A DNA stretch of 64,000 nucleotides. Source: Azolla caroliniana (taxonomy: Eukaryota; Plantae; Polypodiophyta). Shown here piece after piece: positions 48,085-59,482 of the stretch. The DNA is taken from positions 6,014,001-6,078,000 of the forward strand of contig JBHGNT010000020.1 in the NCBI GenBank assembly GCA_043228905.1, written 5' to 3'. Position 1 is the first letter of the stretch; each line of letters begins with the position of its first letter. A program made the position numbers and the translations under genes. The notes beneath the pieces were generated by a model. That model ran no database searches. It had not been told where the DNA came from and was given only the letters and a program-made list of their open reading frames with translations.

Positions 48085-51000
48085 TCACTTCGGCATGGGA
48101 TGTCTCTCCAATCCGATCCTCTTCCGGCATGCTTCCAGCTTGTCGGGTGTGAGCACCTTGGTCAGCATATCCGACCCGTTCTCGTCCGTGTGGACCTTCG
48201 TCAGCACGAACTCCTGGTCTTCTATCCTTTCCCGGATCCAGTGATATCTTCGCTGGATGTGCTTCGTCCGGGAGTGATAGGCCGCGTTCTTCGCAAGGTG
48301 GATGGCACTCTGACTGTCGCAGTAGAGTCGGTACTCCTCCTGCCGGATACCGAGCTCTCTAATGAAGTCCTTCATCCATATTATTTCCTTGCCGGCTTCA
48401 ACAGCCGCCATGTACTCCGCCTCCGTGGTTGACAACGCAACCGTCTTCTGCAGCCTCGACTGCCATGAAACAGCTCCCCCTGCATACGTCATCACATACC
48501 CTGATGTGGACCGGCTGGTATCTGCATCAGCCGACATATCCGAATCGGTGAAACCGTCGAGTTCGGGCTTACCGGAGCCGAATCGGAGGCACACGTTTGC
48601 CGTGCCCTTCAGGTATCGAAGTATCCACTTGACCGCGTTCCAGTGCTCTTTGCCGGGATTGCTCATGTACCGGCTCACCACTCCGACTGCGTATCCAATG
48701 TCTGGTCTTGTACACACCATTGCGTACATCAAGCTTCCGACAGCAGAGGCATAAGGTACTTTCATCATGTCCTCTTTCTCAGCCTTTGTCCTGGGGCTTT
48801 GCTTGCTGGACAGCTTGCAGTTTGCCGGGAGGGTTGATCCGACCGGTCTTGCTTCCGACATGTTGAACCGGTGAAGCACCTTTGTCACGTACTTCTCCTG
48901 TGACAACCACAACTGCTTCTTCTTCCGGTCCCGGATGATATGCATCCCTAGTATTTGCCTCGCCGGACCCAGGTCCTTCATTGAGAAGGTTCGGTGAAGC
49001 GCTTTCTTCAGCATCCGTATCTTGACCTGATCCCGTCCGACGATCAACATGTCGTCCACGTACAGGAGGAGTATTAGAGAGTCTCCTCCTTCGAACTTCT
49101 TCACAAACACGCAGTGATCAGCCTGCGTTTTGTGGTACCCTTCGTCGGTCATGAAGGAGTCGAACTTCCGGTACCATTGCCGGGGAGCCTGCTTCAGTCC
49201 GTAAAGGCTCTTCTTCAACCGGCATACCAGGTGCTCCTTCCCTTTCTTCTCGAATCCTTCCGGCTGCTGCATGTAGATCTCTTCTTCGAGGTCACCGTGA
49301 AGGAATGCCGTCTTCACGTCCATCTGTTCTACCTCGAGGTCCATGCTTGCCGCAATGCTCAGCACCGTCCGGATGGAGGTCATCTTCACTACCGGGGCAA
49401 ATATCTCGTCGAAGTCGACGCCCTTCTTCTGCTGGAACCCCTTCACCACGATCCTGGCTTTGTATCTCGGGGGGTTTCCGGCATCTCCCGGTTTCAGCTT
49501 GAACACCCACTTGTTACGGAGTGCCCGTTTTCCTTTCGGCAACTCCACAAGTTCATATGTGTGGTTCTCATGCAGGGAATCCATCTCGTCCTGCATGGCA
49601 CTTAACCACCTGCGGCTCTGGGTGTCATGCTTTGCTTCTTCAAAGCTCTCCGGCTCCCCCTCGTCGGTTAGCAGCACGTGCTCTGGTTCCGGAAATCTCC
49701 GGGGGGCCCTTCTCTCTCTTAGAGGATATCTCCGTTCCGGAGCTTCAGTAACCGGTTCTTCCGATTCTTCTTCATCCGAATCCATTTCGGGATCGGGGCC
49801 GGTTCCGGTATCATTTTCATCTTCTTCGGCCGGTTCTGTTTCTTCACCGTCTTCGGCCGGGTCCTCGAGTGCTAACCGGTCCCTTGCCGGTCGGGACTGC
49901 TCCTCGTAGAGTTTATCCTCACCAGTCGACTTGGAGCTCTTCATCTTCTTCTCCGACTCCCAGTCGGCGAGTGTCTTGTTCTCCATAAAGACGATATCTC
50001 GACTCCTGAATATCTTCTTGTCGACCGGGTCCCATACTCGGTAGCCAAACTCGTCGTCGCCGTAACCGAGGAATATGCATGGCCGGGTCTTTGGATCTAA
50101 CTTTCCTCTCCGGTCCTTTGCCACATGCACGTATGCGAGACACCCGAACACCTTCAGATGTCGGTAGGACACTTCCTTACCGGTCCACACTTTCTGCGGC
50201 GTGTCTCCGTCCAAAGGTACTGAGGGTGATCTATTTATCACATACGTCGCCGTCGACATTGCCTCAGCCCAAAATCCCTTGGGTAATTTCGCATGCGCCA
50301 GCATACTCCGGACCCTCTCCATTATGGTCCGGTTCATCCTCTCGGCCAGCCCGTTCAGTTCCGGCGTCTTCGGCACAGTAAACTCGAGCCGGATTCCCTT
50401 CGAGCGACAGTACTCCTGGAACTGCCCCCGGTATTCTCCTCCGTTATCCGCTCGTACCGCTTTCAGCTTCTTGCCGGATTCTCTTTCCACCCTCGCGTGG
50501 AGTTCTTTGAAGACGGACAGTACTTGGTCCTTTGTCTTCAACGGTGCCGTCCACAGCTTCCGGCTGTGGTCATCAATGAATGTCACGAAGTACTGGGCTC
50601 CACCATGTGACTTCGTTTCTACTTGACACACGTCTGTGTGCACCAGCTCCAACGGTCCGCTACGTCTCGTCGGTGGCCTTGAGTGGAAGGAGGTCCGGTT
50701 TTGCTTACCGGCCAGACAGTCGGTGCACTTCTCCAGGTGCACATGCTTTACTGGAATAAGGTTGTCTTCTGCAAGCCTCCTCATCCCCTTCTCACTCATG
50801 TGGCACAGTCTCTTGTGCCATAGCTCACCGGCAGCGTCGGCTGCCACGTTCAGCTCCTCCGGACATAGCCGGGAATTCATCAGGTACAGTGTGTTGACCT
50901 TCCGGGCCCGAGCCACTATCAAGCTCCCCTTGCTGAACTTCATGACACCGTTCCGGATGCTACCCGTGTAGCCTTCATCATCTAGCCTCCCGGCCGAGAT

Positions 51001-52158
51001 CAGGTTCAATCGGACCTCCGGAACGTGTCGCACATCCTTCAGCAGCATCTTGCATCCGGTCGGGGTTGTCAACCACACGTCTCCTATGCCGGCAATCCGG
51101 CACGTACCTTCGTTTCCCATCCGAACACAGCCATGCTCACCGGCTGTGTAGGATGAGAAGTATCTTCTCTCCGGGGTCAGGTGGAACGATGCTCCGGAAT
51201 CGACCACCCAGGTCGTCTCATCGCCGGCAATATTTAGTTCACCTTCTTCGGTGATGAGCATGATCTCCTCTTCACTTGCTGCGAGTGCCGTCGTTCCTTT
51301 CCGGTCCTGCCCTCGCCGATCCGAACCTCTCCGGTCCGTGGCTCCCCGGTATGCACCGTTTCTCTCCGGTGACTTCTTCGAATCGGTGTCGTCGGCTCCG
51401 TTGTCTTTTCGGTAATGCCGACAATTCTTTCGGAAATGCCCCGGCTTCCCACAGTGAAAGCATGTGGGCCTTCCTCTTGACTGCGACCGGGTCCCCGACT
51501 TCTCCCGTCTTTGCGGACTCCGGTTCCATTGTCTTCCCCGATCCGATTCGGTAAATAGCATCTTCGGTTCGGAGGCCGGTTCCTTGTCTCTCCGACGCGC
51601 TTCTTCGTTCAAAATGCTTGTCTTTACCGTTTGTAGAGACAAGTTATCTTCGGTGCAGGAGGTGCTGAGAGTCACCACCAAGTTCTCCCAGCTATCCGGC
51701 AATGTACACATCAGGATGATGGCTTGCATTGCATCCTCCAACGGGAACTTGATCGCCGCAAGCTGATTCACGAATCCCATGAACGTGCTTACGTGTTCCA
51801 CCATACTCTCGCCGTCCCGGTACTTGAGATTCACTATCTTCCTCATCAGGGAGGTCCGGTTCAACGCATTCTTCCTCTCGTAGAGGCCCGACAGCTTCTT
51901 CCACATCTCATATGCGTTGGTGTCGTTCGCCACATGTTGTAGGACGCTTACATCGACATATTGTCGGATCGTCGCTACGGCTTTCCGGTTCAGGAGCTTC
52001 CACTCCGACTCAAGTACCCCTTTCGGTATTTCCGACCTGTCAATCGGTTCATACAGGTCCCGAACGATCAGAAGGTCCTCCATCTTGATCTTCCAATCGG
52101 CGTAATTCTGCGCGTTCAGCACCATCATCCCCGGCTGCCCGCTGCCGCCGCCTTCCAT
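48085..52158 (-). CDS. Copia Gag-Pol polyprotein (1357 aa), uninterrupted
   Basis: ATG at 52158 just after the PBS; CFHCGKPGHFRKNC, VDSGASFH, HTDVC/RADNGGEY/NGLAERMN, YVDD, TDSD, HIQRRYH. Confidence 0.96.
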   Translation of the reverse strand: MEGGGSGQPGMMVLNAQNYADWKIKMEDLLIVRDLYEPIDRSEIPKGVLESEWKLLNRKAVATIRQYVDVSVLQHVANDTNAYEMWKKLSGLYERKNALNRTSLMRKIVNLKYRDGESMVEHVSTFMGFVNQLAAIKFPLEDAMQAIILMCTLPDSWENLVVTLSTSCTEDNLSLQTVKTSILNEEARRRDKEPASEPKMLFTESDRGRQWNRSPQRREKSGTRSQSRGRPTCFHCGKPGHFRKNCRHYRKDNGADDTDSKKSPERNGAYRGATDRRGSDRRGQDRKGTTALAASEEEIMLITEEGELNIAGDETTWVVDSGASFHLTPERRYFSSYTAGEHGCVRMGNEGTCRIAGIGDVWLTTPTGCKMLLKDVRHVPEVRLNLISAGRLDDEGYTGSIRNGVMKFSKGSLIVARARKVNTLYLMNSRLCPEELNVAADAAGELWHKRLCHMSEKGMRRLAEDNLIPVKHVHLEKCTDCLAGKQNRTSFHSRPPTRRSGPLELVHTDVCQVETKSHGGAQYFVTFIDDHSRKLWTAPLKTKDQVLSVFKELHARVERESGKKLKAVRADNGGEYRGQFQEYCRSKGIRLEFTVPKTPELNGLAERMNRTIMERVRSMLAHAKLPKGFWAEAMSTATYVINRSPSVPLDGDTPQKVWTGKEVSYRHLKVFGCLAYVHVAKDRRGKLDPKTRPCIFLGYGDDEFGYRVWDPVDKKIFRSRDIVFMENKTLADWESEKKMKSSKSTGEDKLYEEQSRPARDRLALEDPAEDGEETEPAEEDENDTGTGPDPEMDSDEEESEEPVTEAPERRYPLRERRAPRRFPEPEHVLLTDEGEPESFEEAKHDTQSRRWLSAMQDEMDSLHENHTYELVELPKGKRALRNKWVFKLKPGDAGNPPRYKARIVVKGFQQKKGVDFDEIFAPVVKMTSIRTVLSIAASMDLEVEQMDVKTAFLHGDLEEEIYMQQPEGFEKKGKEHLVCRLKKSLYGLKQAPRQWYRKFDSFMTDEGYHKTQADHCVFVKKFEGGDSLILLLYVDDMLIVGRDQVKIRMLKKALHRTFSMKDLGPARQILGMHIIRDRKKKQLWLSQEKYVTKVLHRFNMSEARPVGSTLPANCKLSSKQSPRTKAEKEDMMKVPYASAVGSLMYAMVCTRPDIGYAVGVVSRYMSNPGKEHWNAVKWILRYLKGTANVCLRFGSGKPELDGFTDSDMSADADTSRSTSGYVMTYAGGAVSWQSRLQKTVALSTTEAEYMAAVEAGKEIIWMKDFIRELGIRQEEYRLYCDSQSAIHLAKNAAYHSRTKHIQRRYHWIRERIEDQEFVLTKVHTDENGSDMLTKVLTPDKLEACRKRIGLERHPMPK

Positions 52159-54354
52159 TTTCTGCAACGATCGCTCTGATACCAATTTGTAAAGAATTGA
52201 CGCTATCAAATCTTTCGCCTCTCGGCCACAACCGAGACAACACGGATCAATGCAGCAGAAATAAAAACACAAAGACCCAGAGAGACGAGTACACAGGGTA
52301 TAACGTGGAAAACCTTAAACAGGAAAAACCACGGGAGTGCACGACTCCAACTACCACTATACACTGGAATATACAATGGCGAGCTGCAAGGCGACGACCT
52401 TGAGCTCGCTGTCCTCGCCACAGGCGGCGGTATTACACAGAGGCGTCGACCTCTTTGTTTCTCTCTCTCTTTCTCTCTTTCTCTCTTTCTCTCGCGGCTG
52501 CTCTCACTTTGCTCCCTCTAAAGTGAAAACAGAAAATGAGCAACAACAAAAACTGTTTGCCCTAAGTCATATTTATACATATATGACTTTCGGGCTATTT
52601 ACAAATATAGCCTCAAGGGCTCTTAGCAAACATATTCACAGATATGTCCCTGCATCCGGATCTCTCTCCGGGTACATCCGTCATCCGGCTCCGTAGCCGG
52701 GGTCTTCATCATCCGGATCCGTATCCGGGTACTCTTCATCATCCGGATCCGTATCCGGGTACTCTTCATCATCCGGATCCGCATCCGGGTACTCTTCATC
52801 CGGCTTCATGCCGGGTACTCTTCATCATCCGGTTCCGTAACCGCAACCGGGCTTGCCGTCATTCATCTCCGAACATCCCATCCGGAGGGACCGTAATCCC
52901 AACATTAAGAAGTAACCAAAGTTTCAGTTGTAACTGTATTGTCGCCAAAACCTAAAAGTTTGTTTCAGACGACTTATATGAAAAACTGGATGGATTTCAA
53001 CGACATCAGAAAGAGCGAGACGATAGGCTCATGAACCAATGCATTTGAGGACTGCAAAAGGTCCACAAAACCATGCCCGGCTAACTTAGCACAGTTACCC
53101 ATAGACAATATCTTAGAATTGTGAGGTACATGTAAAAATACCTTCTCTCCATGGTTGAATACACGAGGTTGCCTATTATGATCGGCATAAAAACACGCTA
53201 TCTTGAGCTATTTTTATATTATCTCATGCAATATGCAACATATCTTGCATATCCCGAAGAAAGTTTTGCGTACTTCTCAACTCATCATGATGTATATTAA
53301 CATCAATCGGGGCTTGTGGCTGAAAACCATACATCAACATAAAAGGACTATATCACGTCGATGTATGTTTGGAGCTATTATAAGCAAACTCCAAAATTGG
53401 GAGATAACATTCCCATTTTGTTGGTTTCGCGCCAACATATGCACGGAGCATGTCCTCAATAATTTGATTTACTCGTTCTATCTGTCCATCAAATTGAAGA
53501 TGATCCGTGGAGCTCATGCTCAATGTAGTTTCTAACTTCTTAAAGACATGCATCCAAAAGTCACTAGTAAACTTTGGATCTTCATCACTCATGATATCCA
53601 TTGGTAACCCATAAAAACGAAATAACTCGTCCACGAATTGGTAAGTCAATTCAAGAGTTGTTACCATGGTTTTAGTAGCAATAAATCTAGCCATTTTAGT
53701 TAGTCGATCAACCACAATTCAGATGGCATCATGGCCTTTTTGGGTGAGAGGAAGGCTAACAATAAAATCCATAGATATACTTTCCCACTTATTATTGGGA
53801 ATGTCCAAGGGATGTAAAGTCCAGCGGCTTTAAGTCGCTCGGCTTTGTTAACCTGACATTGGTGACATTTAGTCACATAGCTATGTATGTCAAGACGCAT
53901 CTTAGGCCAATAGAATTGAGTCGAAATAAGAACGAGTGTGCGATGTATTCCAGAGTGCCCTACTGAGAGTGCATTATGACATTCAAAACGAATTCTCTTT
54001 TTGACCTCAGACAAATCTAGAACACAAACCTTCCCATTATGGTAGAGCAAACCATTAGCAATGTTCCAGATTCAACTCTTGCCTAGTATTTTGCAAAATA
54101 AGTGTCATCAGGATACTTTCCTCAAAGAACCGAGTCTCGAAGTAGTCAAGAGATGATGAAATAAGGGTACCTAGGCCTCATATTTATAGCCAGACCCAAG
54201 GCCCCCAGGCAAGTTCACACTTGGCCTAATGGGTTGTCTCAATCCCGAGGATTAAAAATAATTGTCACACTTTATCCACGTGTATAGAATACTATGGTAC
54301 ATTCCCACCACGGGATATTATATGTTCATGCTCGTAACAAGGGAGAAGCCTCCT

Positions 54355-57320
54355 TGTTGAGATACAAGCTCAACATTGGCCGGACCGGTGCATAAACCGA
54401 TGCGCAACAAGAGGCCGAATCGGTGCGGAAACCGGGAGTCCATTGAATCGATATTCCACGCGGGAATATATTTGGGAGTTAGTGAAGGAGCTCATTTATG
54501 AGAATTGAAGTACATGTCAGTACTTCTGTCAGTCCATATGGACTTGTATAAAAGTGCCCTCTGAGCACATCCTATGTATAGAGTTTTACACATTATTTTG
54601 AATTTAGTTTTTCTGTGTGTTTTCCCTCTCTGTCTCTCCGACATACATTGTGTCTTAAGCTCTCCCTTAAACATGTTTTTTCTCTGTCGGTATTATGTGT
54701 TTCGTATAGCTTCCGCATGTAACATTTCACATGGTATCAGAGCGTGAGGGTTGAGAACCTGTTGAGAGACAAGCTCAACATCAGCCAGATCGGCTGAGCA
54801 AGCCGAGGACCGGATCGGTTGGGACTGATCGGTTAGGTCGGACGGGTGCGTAAAACGGATGCGTAAACCGTTACGCAAACCGGTGCATAACGAGAGGCCG
54901 TATCGGTGCGTAAACCGAAAGGCCGTTAGAGAGATATTCCTTGTAAAGGAATAAATTTGGGAGTGAGTGTCGAGGCTCATTTATGAGCAGTCAAGTACTA
55001 TCAGTACTTGTGTCAACCCGATTGTCAGGGCTTGTATAAAAGGTGCTCACTGAGCACGATGTATGTACAGATCGAGTATTATTTTTGAATTAAGTTATTG
55101 TGTTTACTCTCTCTTTGTCTCTCCCGTGCGTACTGTGCAAACCTAAGCTTTCCATTAAACCTACGTTTTCTGTTGTTCGGTTTCCTATATTGCTTCCGCA
55201 CGCCATTCTTTTCATGGTATCAGAGCGCAAGGGTTGAGAACCTCTGCAGTAGACTTTGCTTGAAGGAAAAACCAACGAAGAAGAACAAGAAAACCGATGG
55301 ACAGAGGAATGGCTAGCTCACTTCCAACGGAGAAGCTCGACAGAACCAACTACGCATCTTGGTCCTACAAGATGCACTAGTACTTGCTTGGGCACGGTTA
55401 CTGGAGTTATGTCGAAGGAGTGAATGACGTGGCACCCGAATCGACACACAAAGACTTCCCGACGTGGGAACAATCGGTGAGCAGAGTGTGTTACCCGTAG
55501 GAGTTGAACAGGGCGGCATAAGGGTAAAACACGTTGAAGGGGTTGTTCGGTATGTGTAATATGTATATGAGTGTGTGAGGATGAGTATGTGTGAGTACAT
55601 GCACAATTATGTGCATGTGACAAGAGTGTAACGGTCGTCTCTTTTGTAACAATTATTATTTACCGTTACATTTTGTATTATATAAACCCCTTATGGGGCA
55701 TGTAATGAAGATAGTTTTTTCCCCTCATTTTTGGTGTCATCTTGTATTCTCACTCTCCTTAGCTCTCTCTATTGTAATCCCCTTGGGAGGGGAGGTAAAG
55801 TCATTCTAGGCTTCACCCCCCACCCCAACAACAGAGTGTTGTACTGTTTCGCGTTTTGTGTGGGCGAACAGCTATTAAGCTACGTTCGGGATGCAAAAAT
55901 GCCGAAGGGTGCGTGGGAAAATCTGAAGAAGATCTTCGTCGTGACCACCACAGCCAGGAAGCTTCAGCTCTAATAGGAGTTAAGCAACCTACGACAACGC
56001 GATTTGTCGGTGGCTGACTATACCTCAAAGATCAAGGACATATGTGACTCCTTAGCTTCCATCGATGTGAATATCGAGGAAAGCGAGATGGTCCAGGTCT
56101 GTCTCGGGGGTTTGGCATCAAAGTTCGGATCGTTCCGAACTGTTGTGCATACATGGGAGAATACGTCGTCGTTTTTCGACTTACAGTCGATGCTCCTTAT
56201 AGAGGAGAACCACGCGGGTGCGTCGACAAGCACACATGCCGACAACAAGATGTTGTACAGGGAGGGAGATAGGCCCCGTGGTCGTGGCGAACGGGTTGAG
56301 TTGGTACGCAACAGGATCAAGGAAGAAGGCACCGAAGTGATGCCGACAGCAATTCCGGACCCTCCGAAAACAGGGGGAGTCGAGGCGACGAGAACCGATA
56401 AGGGAAATCCGCCCGCGGATTGCTAGTACTGTGGCAAGAAAGGCCACAGGGAGAGCGAGTGCTGGAAAAAGCGCGCCGATTCGGAGAGAACCGGGTTCGG
56501 AACAGGTTCCGAATAGACCGACAAAAGAAATCGGCAACGATCGCACTACGTCGAAGGATCCGGAGAAGCCAAAAAAAGGTTAGTCTTCGTGACAAGACAC
56601 AAAGCAAACTCAATGAAGAAGATCTCCCCGAAGTCGGAGGTGTGGTACGTCGACTCTAGCGCGTCAAACCACATGACATGCCATAAGGAGTGGTTCTCGT
56701 ACCTAGAGAAACCGACGCAACCAGGAGTAGTTGCAACCAGAGACGACACTCTGCATCCGATCGCGAATGTCGGTGAAGTTCCCTTGAGCTATGTCGGGCA
56801 GAAAGGGAAACTCATGAATGTGTTACACGTCCCAACAATCACAAAGAACCTAGTGTCAGTCGGGCAGATCGTTGACCAGGGGATGCAGGTTCGGTTTACG
56901 CATCTTGGGTGCTTCATTGAGGAAGAAGGTCGTGTTATTGCACAAGGGCGCAGAGATGGGAGGATGTTTATCCTCGACTCTAGTGACGGTAGCACCGCAA
57001 TGTTCGCGAAGGGACAAAAAGTCGAGTCGGATATCGACTTATGGCACAAGCGGATAGGCCACATCAACTACTAGCGGCTTCAGGAGCTGCAATCGAAACA
57101 AGTGGTGTTCGGATTGCCCAAATTTAGTGGCCGGAAGGCACAAATTTGTGAAGCCTGCCAGCTTGGGAAGCAACACCGACTTCCCTTCCCCAACGAGCGT
57201 AATCGAAGTCGGAACAAGCTCGACTTGATACACTCCGATGTGTGGGGGCTGGCACAAAACGGTAGTCTTGGCGGGAGCCAATATTTCGTCTCCTTCATCG
57301 ACAACTACACGCGCAATGGA
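54355..57320 (+). mobile_element. Copia 5' half with tandem LTR-PBS units (LTR 54355-54729, PBS 54732; LTR 54760 to ~55214, PBS 55215), then gag, protease and partial integrase
   Basis: Both LTRs start TGTTGAGA.ACAAGCTCAACAT; gag MASSLPTEKLDRTNYASW at 55309; WYVDSSASNHM; LWHKRIGH; HSDVWG..FVSFIDNYTR. Confidence 0.88.
55489..55833. mobile_element. Solo LTR (345 bp) with TSD GAGTG inserted in Copia gag
   Basis: TGTT...AACA ends; GAGTG at 55484-55488 and 55834-55838; the gag frame resumes (SRV|LYCF). Confidence 0.9.
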
Positions 57321-57324
57321 CATG

Positions 57325-58110
57325 GTGTGATCCTTACGCGGAGCAAGGAAGCAAATGCATCCCTTTCTTCCAATTCACAACTAGATTGGGTCGCCACATT
57401 CTAGCTGCTCAAACCGCCCGAGAGCCGGCTGCTGCAAAGGTCTGGCACACATTTCAAGTTCCTCACACAATTATCACCAAGTTTTGGAAAAAAATTTAGA
57501 AACAACAACACGTGAGGCGAATTACCACGTTCCAATGGCTATTAATACATAAGTCACTACCGGTGGGAGTATGGCAATGTGGGAACCTTAGCTCTCCTAA
57601 TTGTAAAGAGCGCCCAAATGTAGTAGAATTAATACGACACGCTCTATGGGACTGCCTAGCGTCCCATGGAATATGGCGGGGGGTTGGCCTCTTGTTGCAA
57701 TTATGCTATCATGGCAAACCCCAGTTGGCAGATACAAGCATTAGGAGGGGATGACTTTGGTGAGAAAAGCACAATAAACTTTTTTTCTCCACCAACGGCA
57801 ATGTCCACTCAACTCCTCTTAATGACAAATCTCAAGTTGTGTTGGAATTGGTCAACTCAATAACTCTTTGGATTCTATGGAAACAACAATGTAGATGAGT
57901 CTTCTCCAACCAAACCGCACATCCAACAAGGTTACTACAAGAGATATGGAGTGAAATTGTAGCCACTCTAAAGAGCCAATATGATATCCTCAAGGGCAGC
58001 TCTGATGGAGTTGAAAGACAATGAATAGCCTTCATACAATAGTGGGCATCCACATAAGGTGGAACTATCGCATCCCTACAAGGATTTGTACATAATAGTC
58101 TCATTTGTAA
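57325..58110 (+). mobile_element. L1/Tx1-like LINE 3' fragment (zf-RVT region)
   Basis: FQWLLIHKSLPVG..C....E.IRHALWDC..S.GIW and later LWILWKQ, typical of zf-RVT; decayed. Confidence 0.7.
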
Positions 58111-59206
58111 AATTTTATAACTAATGGAAGGAGTTTTTTTTTTGGAAAAAAAAAACACGAACAATATTATAGTTTTCATTTAATTTTTGTACAATATAAA
58201 TCCAATTATTATGAGACAAGTCATATTTGGTGTTGGTCTTCATGAAAAATTTATGTTTAATGAAGGGACTTAAGACTAGTATAAACTAGTCCATTGTTTA
58301 AAAGTACATGAATGAAGTATTTAATGTATTATACATAAAATATATATCTTAATATTTTATAACCATTTAAAAAATACATATGCACATAGAATATTCAAAA
58401 TACTTTTACTTCAAGGGGTAGTTACGTCATATTAATACGCTAAATACACAATAACAAAAAATTGCCACAGTAGTTAAATTAGCAAGGGAGGTAAATGGCT
58501 TTTGACATTGTTGGCCTTGTTAGTAATAATTACATGTTGAAAACGATTTGTACAATTGTGTAAGCCTACTCTTCATGTTAGTGTGTGACATAAAGAGGGA
58601 AATGAACATGTTTCAAGATTGTATGTTTATTATCTATAAGTATGTGTATGAATGTATTCGTGTTCCTGTGAACGAGTAGCAAGGAGTAACAGGTGGATTG
58701 TCTGAGGGATTAACAAAGTGGTTTGTTTGAAGCTTTGTTCATCAGCGGTTCCAATTTGATGACAAGTTAGCTCCCCTTGTGTTCACACATCATTAAATGC
58801 GCAGGGAGTGAGGGTCTTAATAGTTAAGAACCAAATTGTAAATTTAGAAATACAATTCATAGTGTTAGCCAAAAAATATTAGATTGACTCAACATATATT
58901 ACAAGTAAGCTAAAATCTCCGTGAGATATTATAATGGATGATCCTGATTACATATACTATTCTCTTGTTCAAGAATAAGGAAAAGGAATTAGAGAGGGAA
59001 AGTTTAAGGCACCGACTCCAAAGAATGATATAAGTGAAGAAGTTTATCCTTTGGCTTGTAAATGTCCTGTAGATTAAGTATTTACATCTGTCCCTTTTCT
59101 GATTGGAGACATTAGGTTTTTTTCCCTGTGATTTATAAGTCCCCCCTTGTTTCGGACTCACATTTGTATCATGAAAAAAATATCTGAAGAGAAGCACCTG
59201 GCCAAT

Positions 59207-59209
<3 letters not shown>

Positions 59210-59242
<33 letters not shown>
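59210..59242. repeat. (GA)n microsatellite just past the stop codon of the host exon
   Basis: Direct reading. Confidence 0.95.
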
Positions 59243-59246
<4 letters not shown>

Positions 59247-59257
59247 TAAGAGTATCA

Positions 59258-59482
59258 CTAGAAAAATCTTCTTCTATCATTCTTCATATACGTTTTTGAG
59301 GACTTTACAGAGTGTAAATCCCCATGGCAAAATGGGCAATATTCATAGTGGTTCAACAATAAAAAACTCAAAGAATGCTTACATACATTACAAATAACAT
59401 ATTTCTCACCCATAATTAATTGTCCACTTGCCATGCATATATTGTATTTGTAGTTACACTTTGTACATCTTTGATCTTTAAC
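59258..59482 (-). CDS. Terminal coding exon of a host gene; resembles the C-terminal zinc ribbons of IFT121/WDR35 (IFT-A)
   Basis: Acceptor TTCCCAG|GTT; CTKC..YNICMASGQLI....ICNVCKH......HYEYCPFCH matches the WDR35 pattern C(V/I)A(T/S)G.P....W.C.VCKH...HY.FCPLCH; open frame ends in TAG. Confidence 0.72.
   Translation of the reverse strand, partial: VKDQRCTKCNYKYNICMASGQLIMGEKYVICNVCKHSLSFLLLNHYEYCPFCHGDLHSVKSSKTYMKNDRRRFF

Larger units (their letters stand above)
47358..52904 (-). mobile_element. Intact, very young Ty1/Copia (Tnt1/Tto1/Tork-like); 717-bp LTRs 47358-48074 and 52188-52904; TSD TTAAG
   Basis: Only one LTR substitution noticed (48042 vs 52872); PBS TGGTATCAGAGC; PPT GAAGGGGGAG; TSD at 47353-47357 and 52905-52909. 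Confidence 0.98.
46693..54339 (-). mobile_element. Gypsy chromovirus (group-II-type chromodomain), internally deleted; TSD AGGGA
   Basis: 3' LTR 46693-47150 (TGTTA..TAACA), PPT GAAGGGGAGTA, chromodomain ERILDVK..EFKIKW..DAT, integrase 52910-54050, truncated 5' LTR ~54133-54339; AGGGA at 46688-46692 and 54340-54344. Confidence 0.9.

Noticed and set aside
52159-52272. N-terminal extension of Gag-Pol in the ORF track
   Set aside because: Starts at a non-ATG codon inside the LTR and crosses the PBS; ATG at 52158 is preferred.
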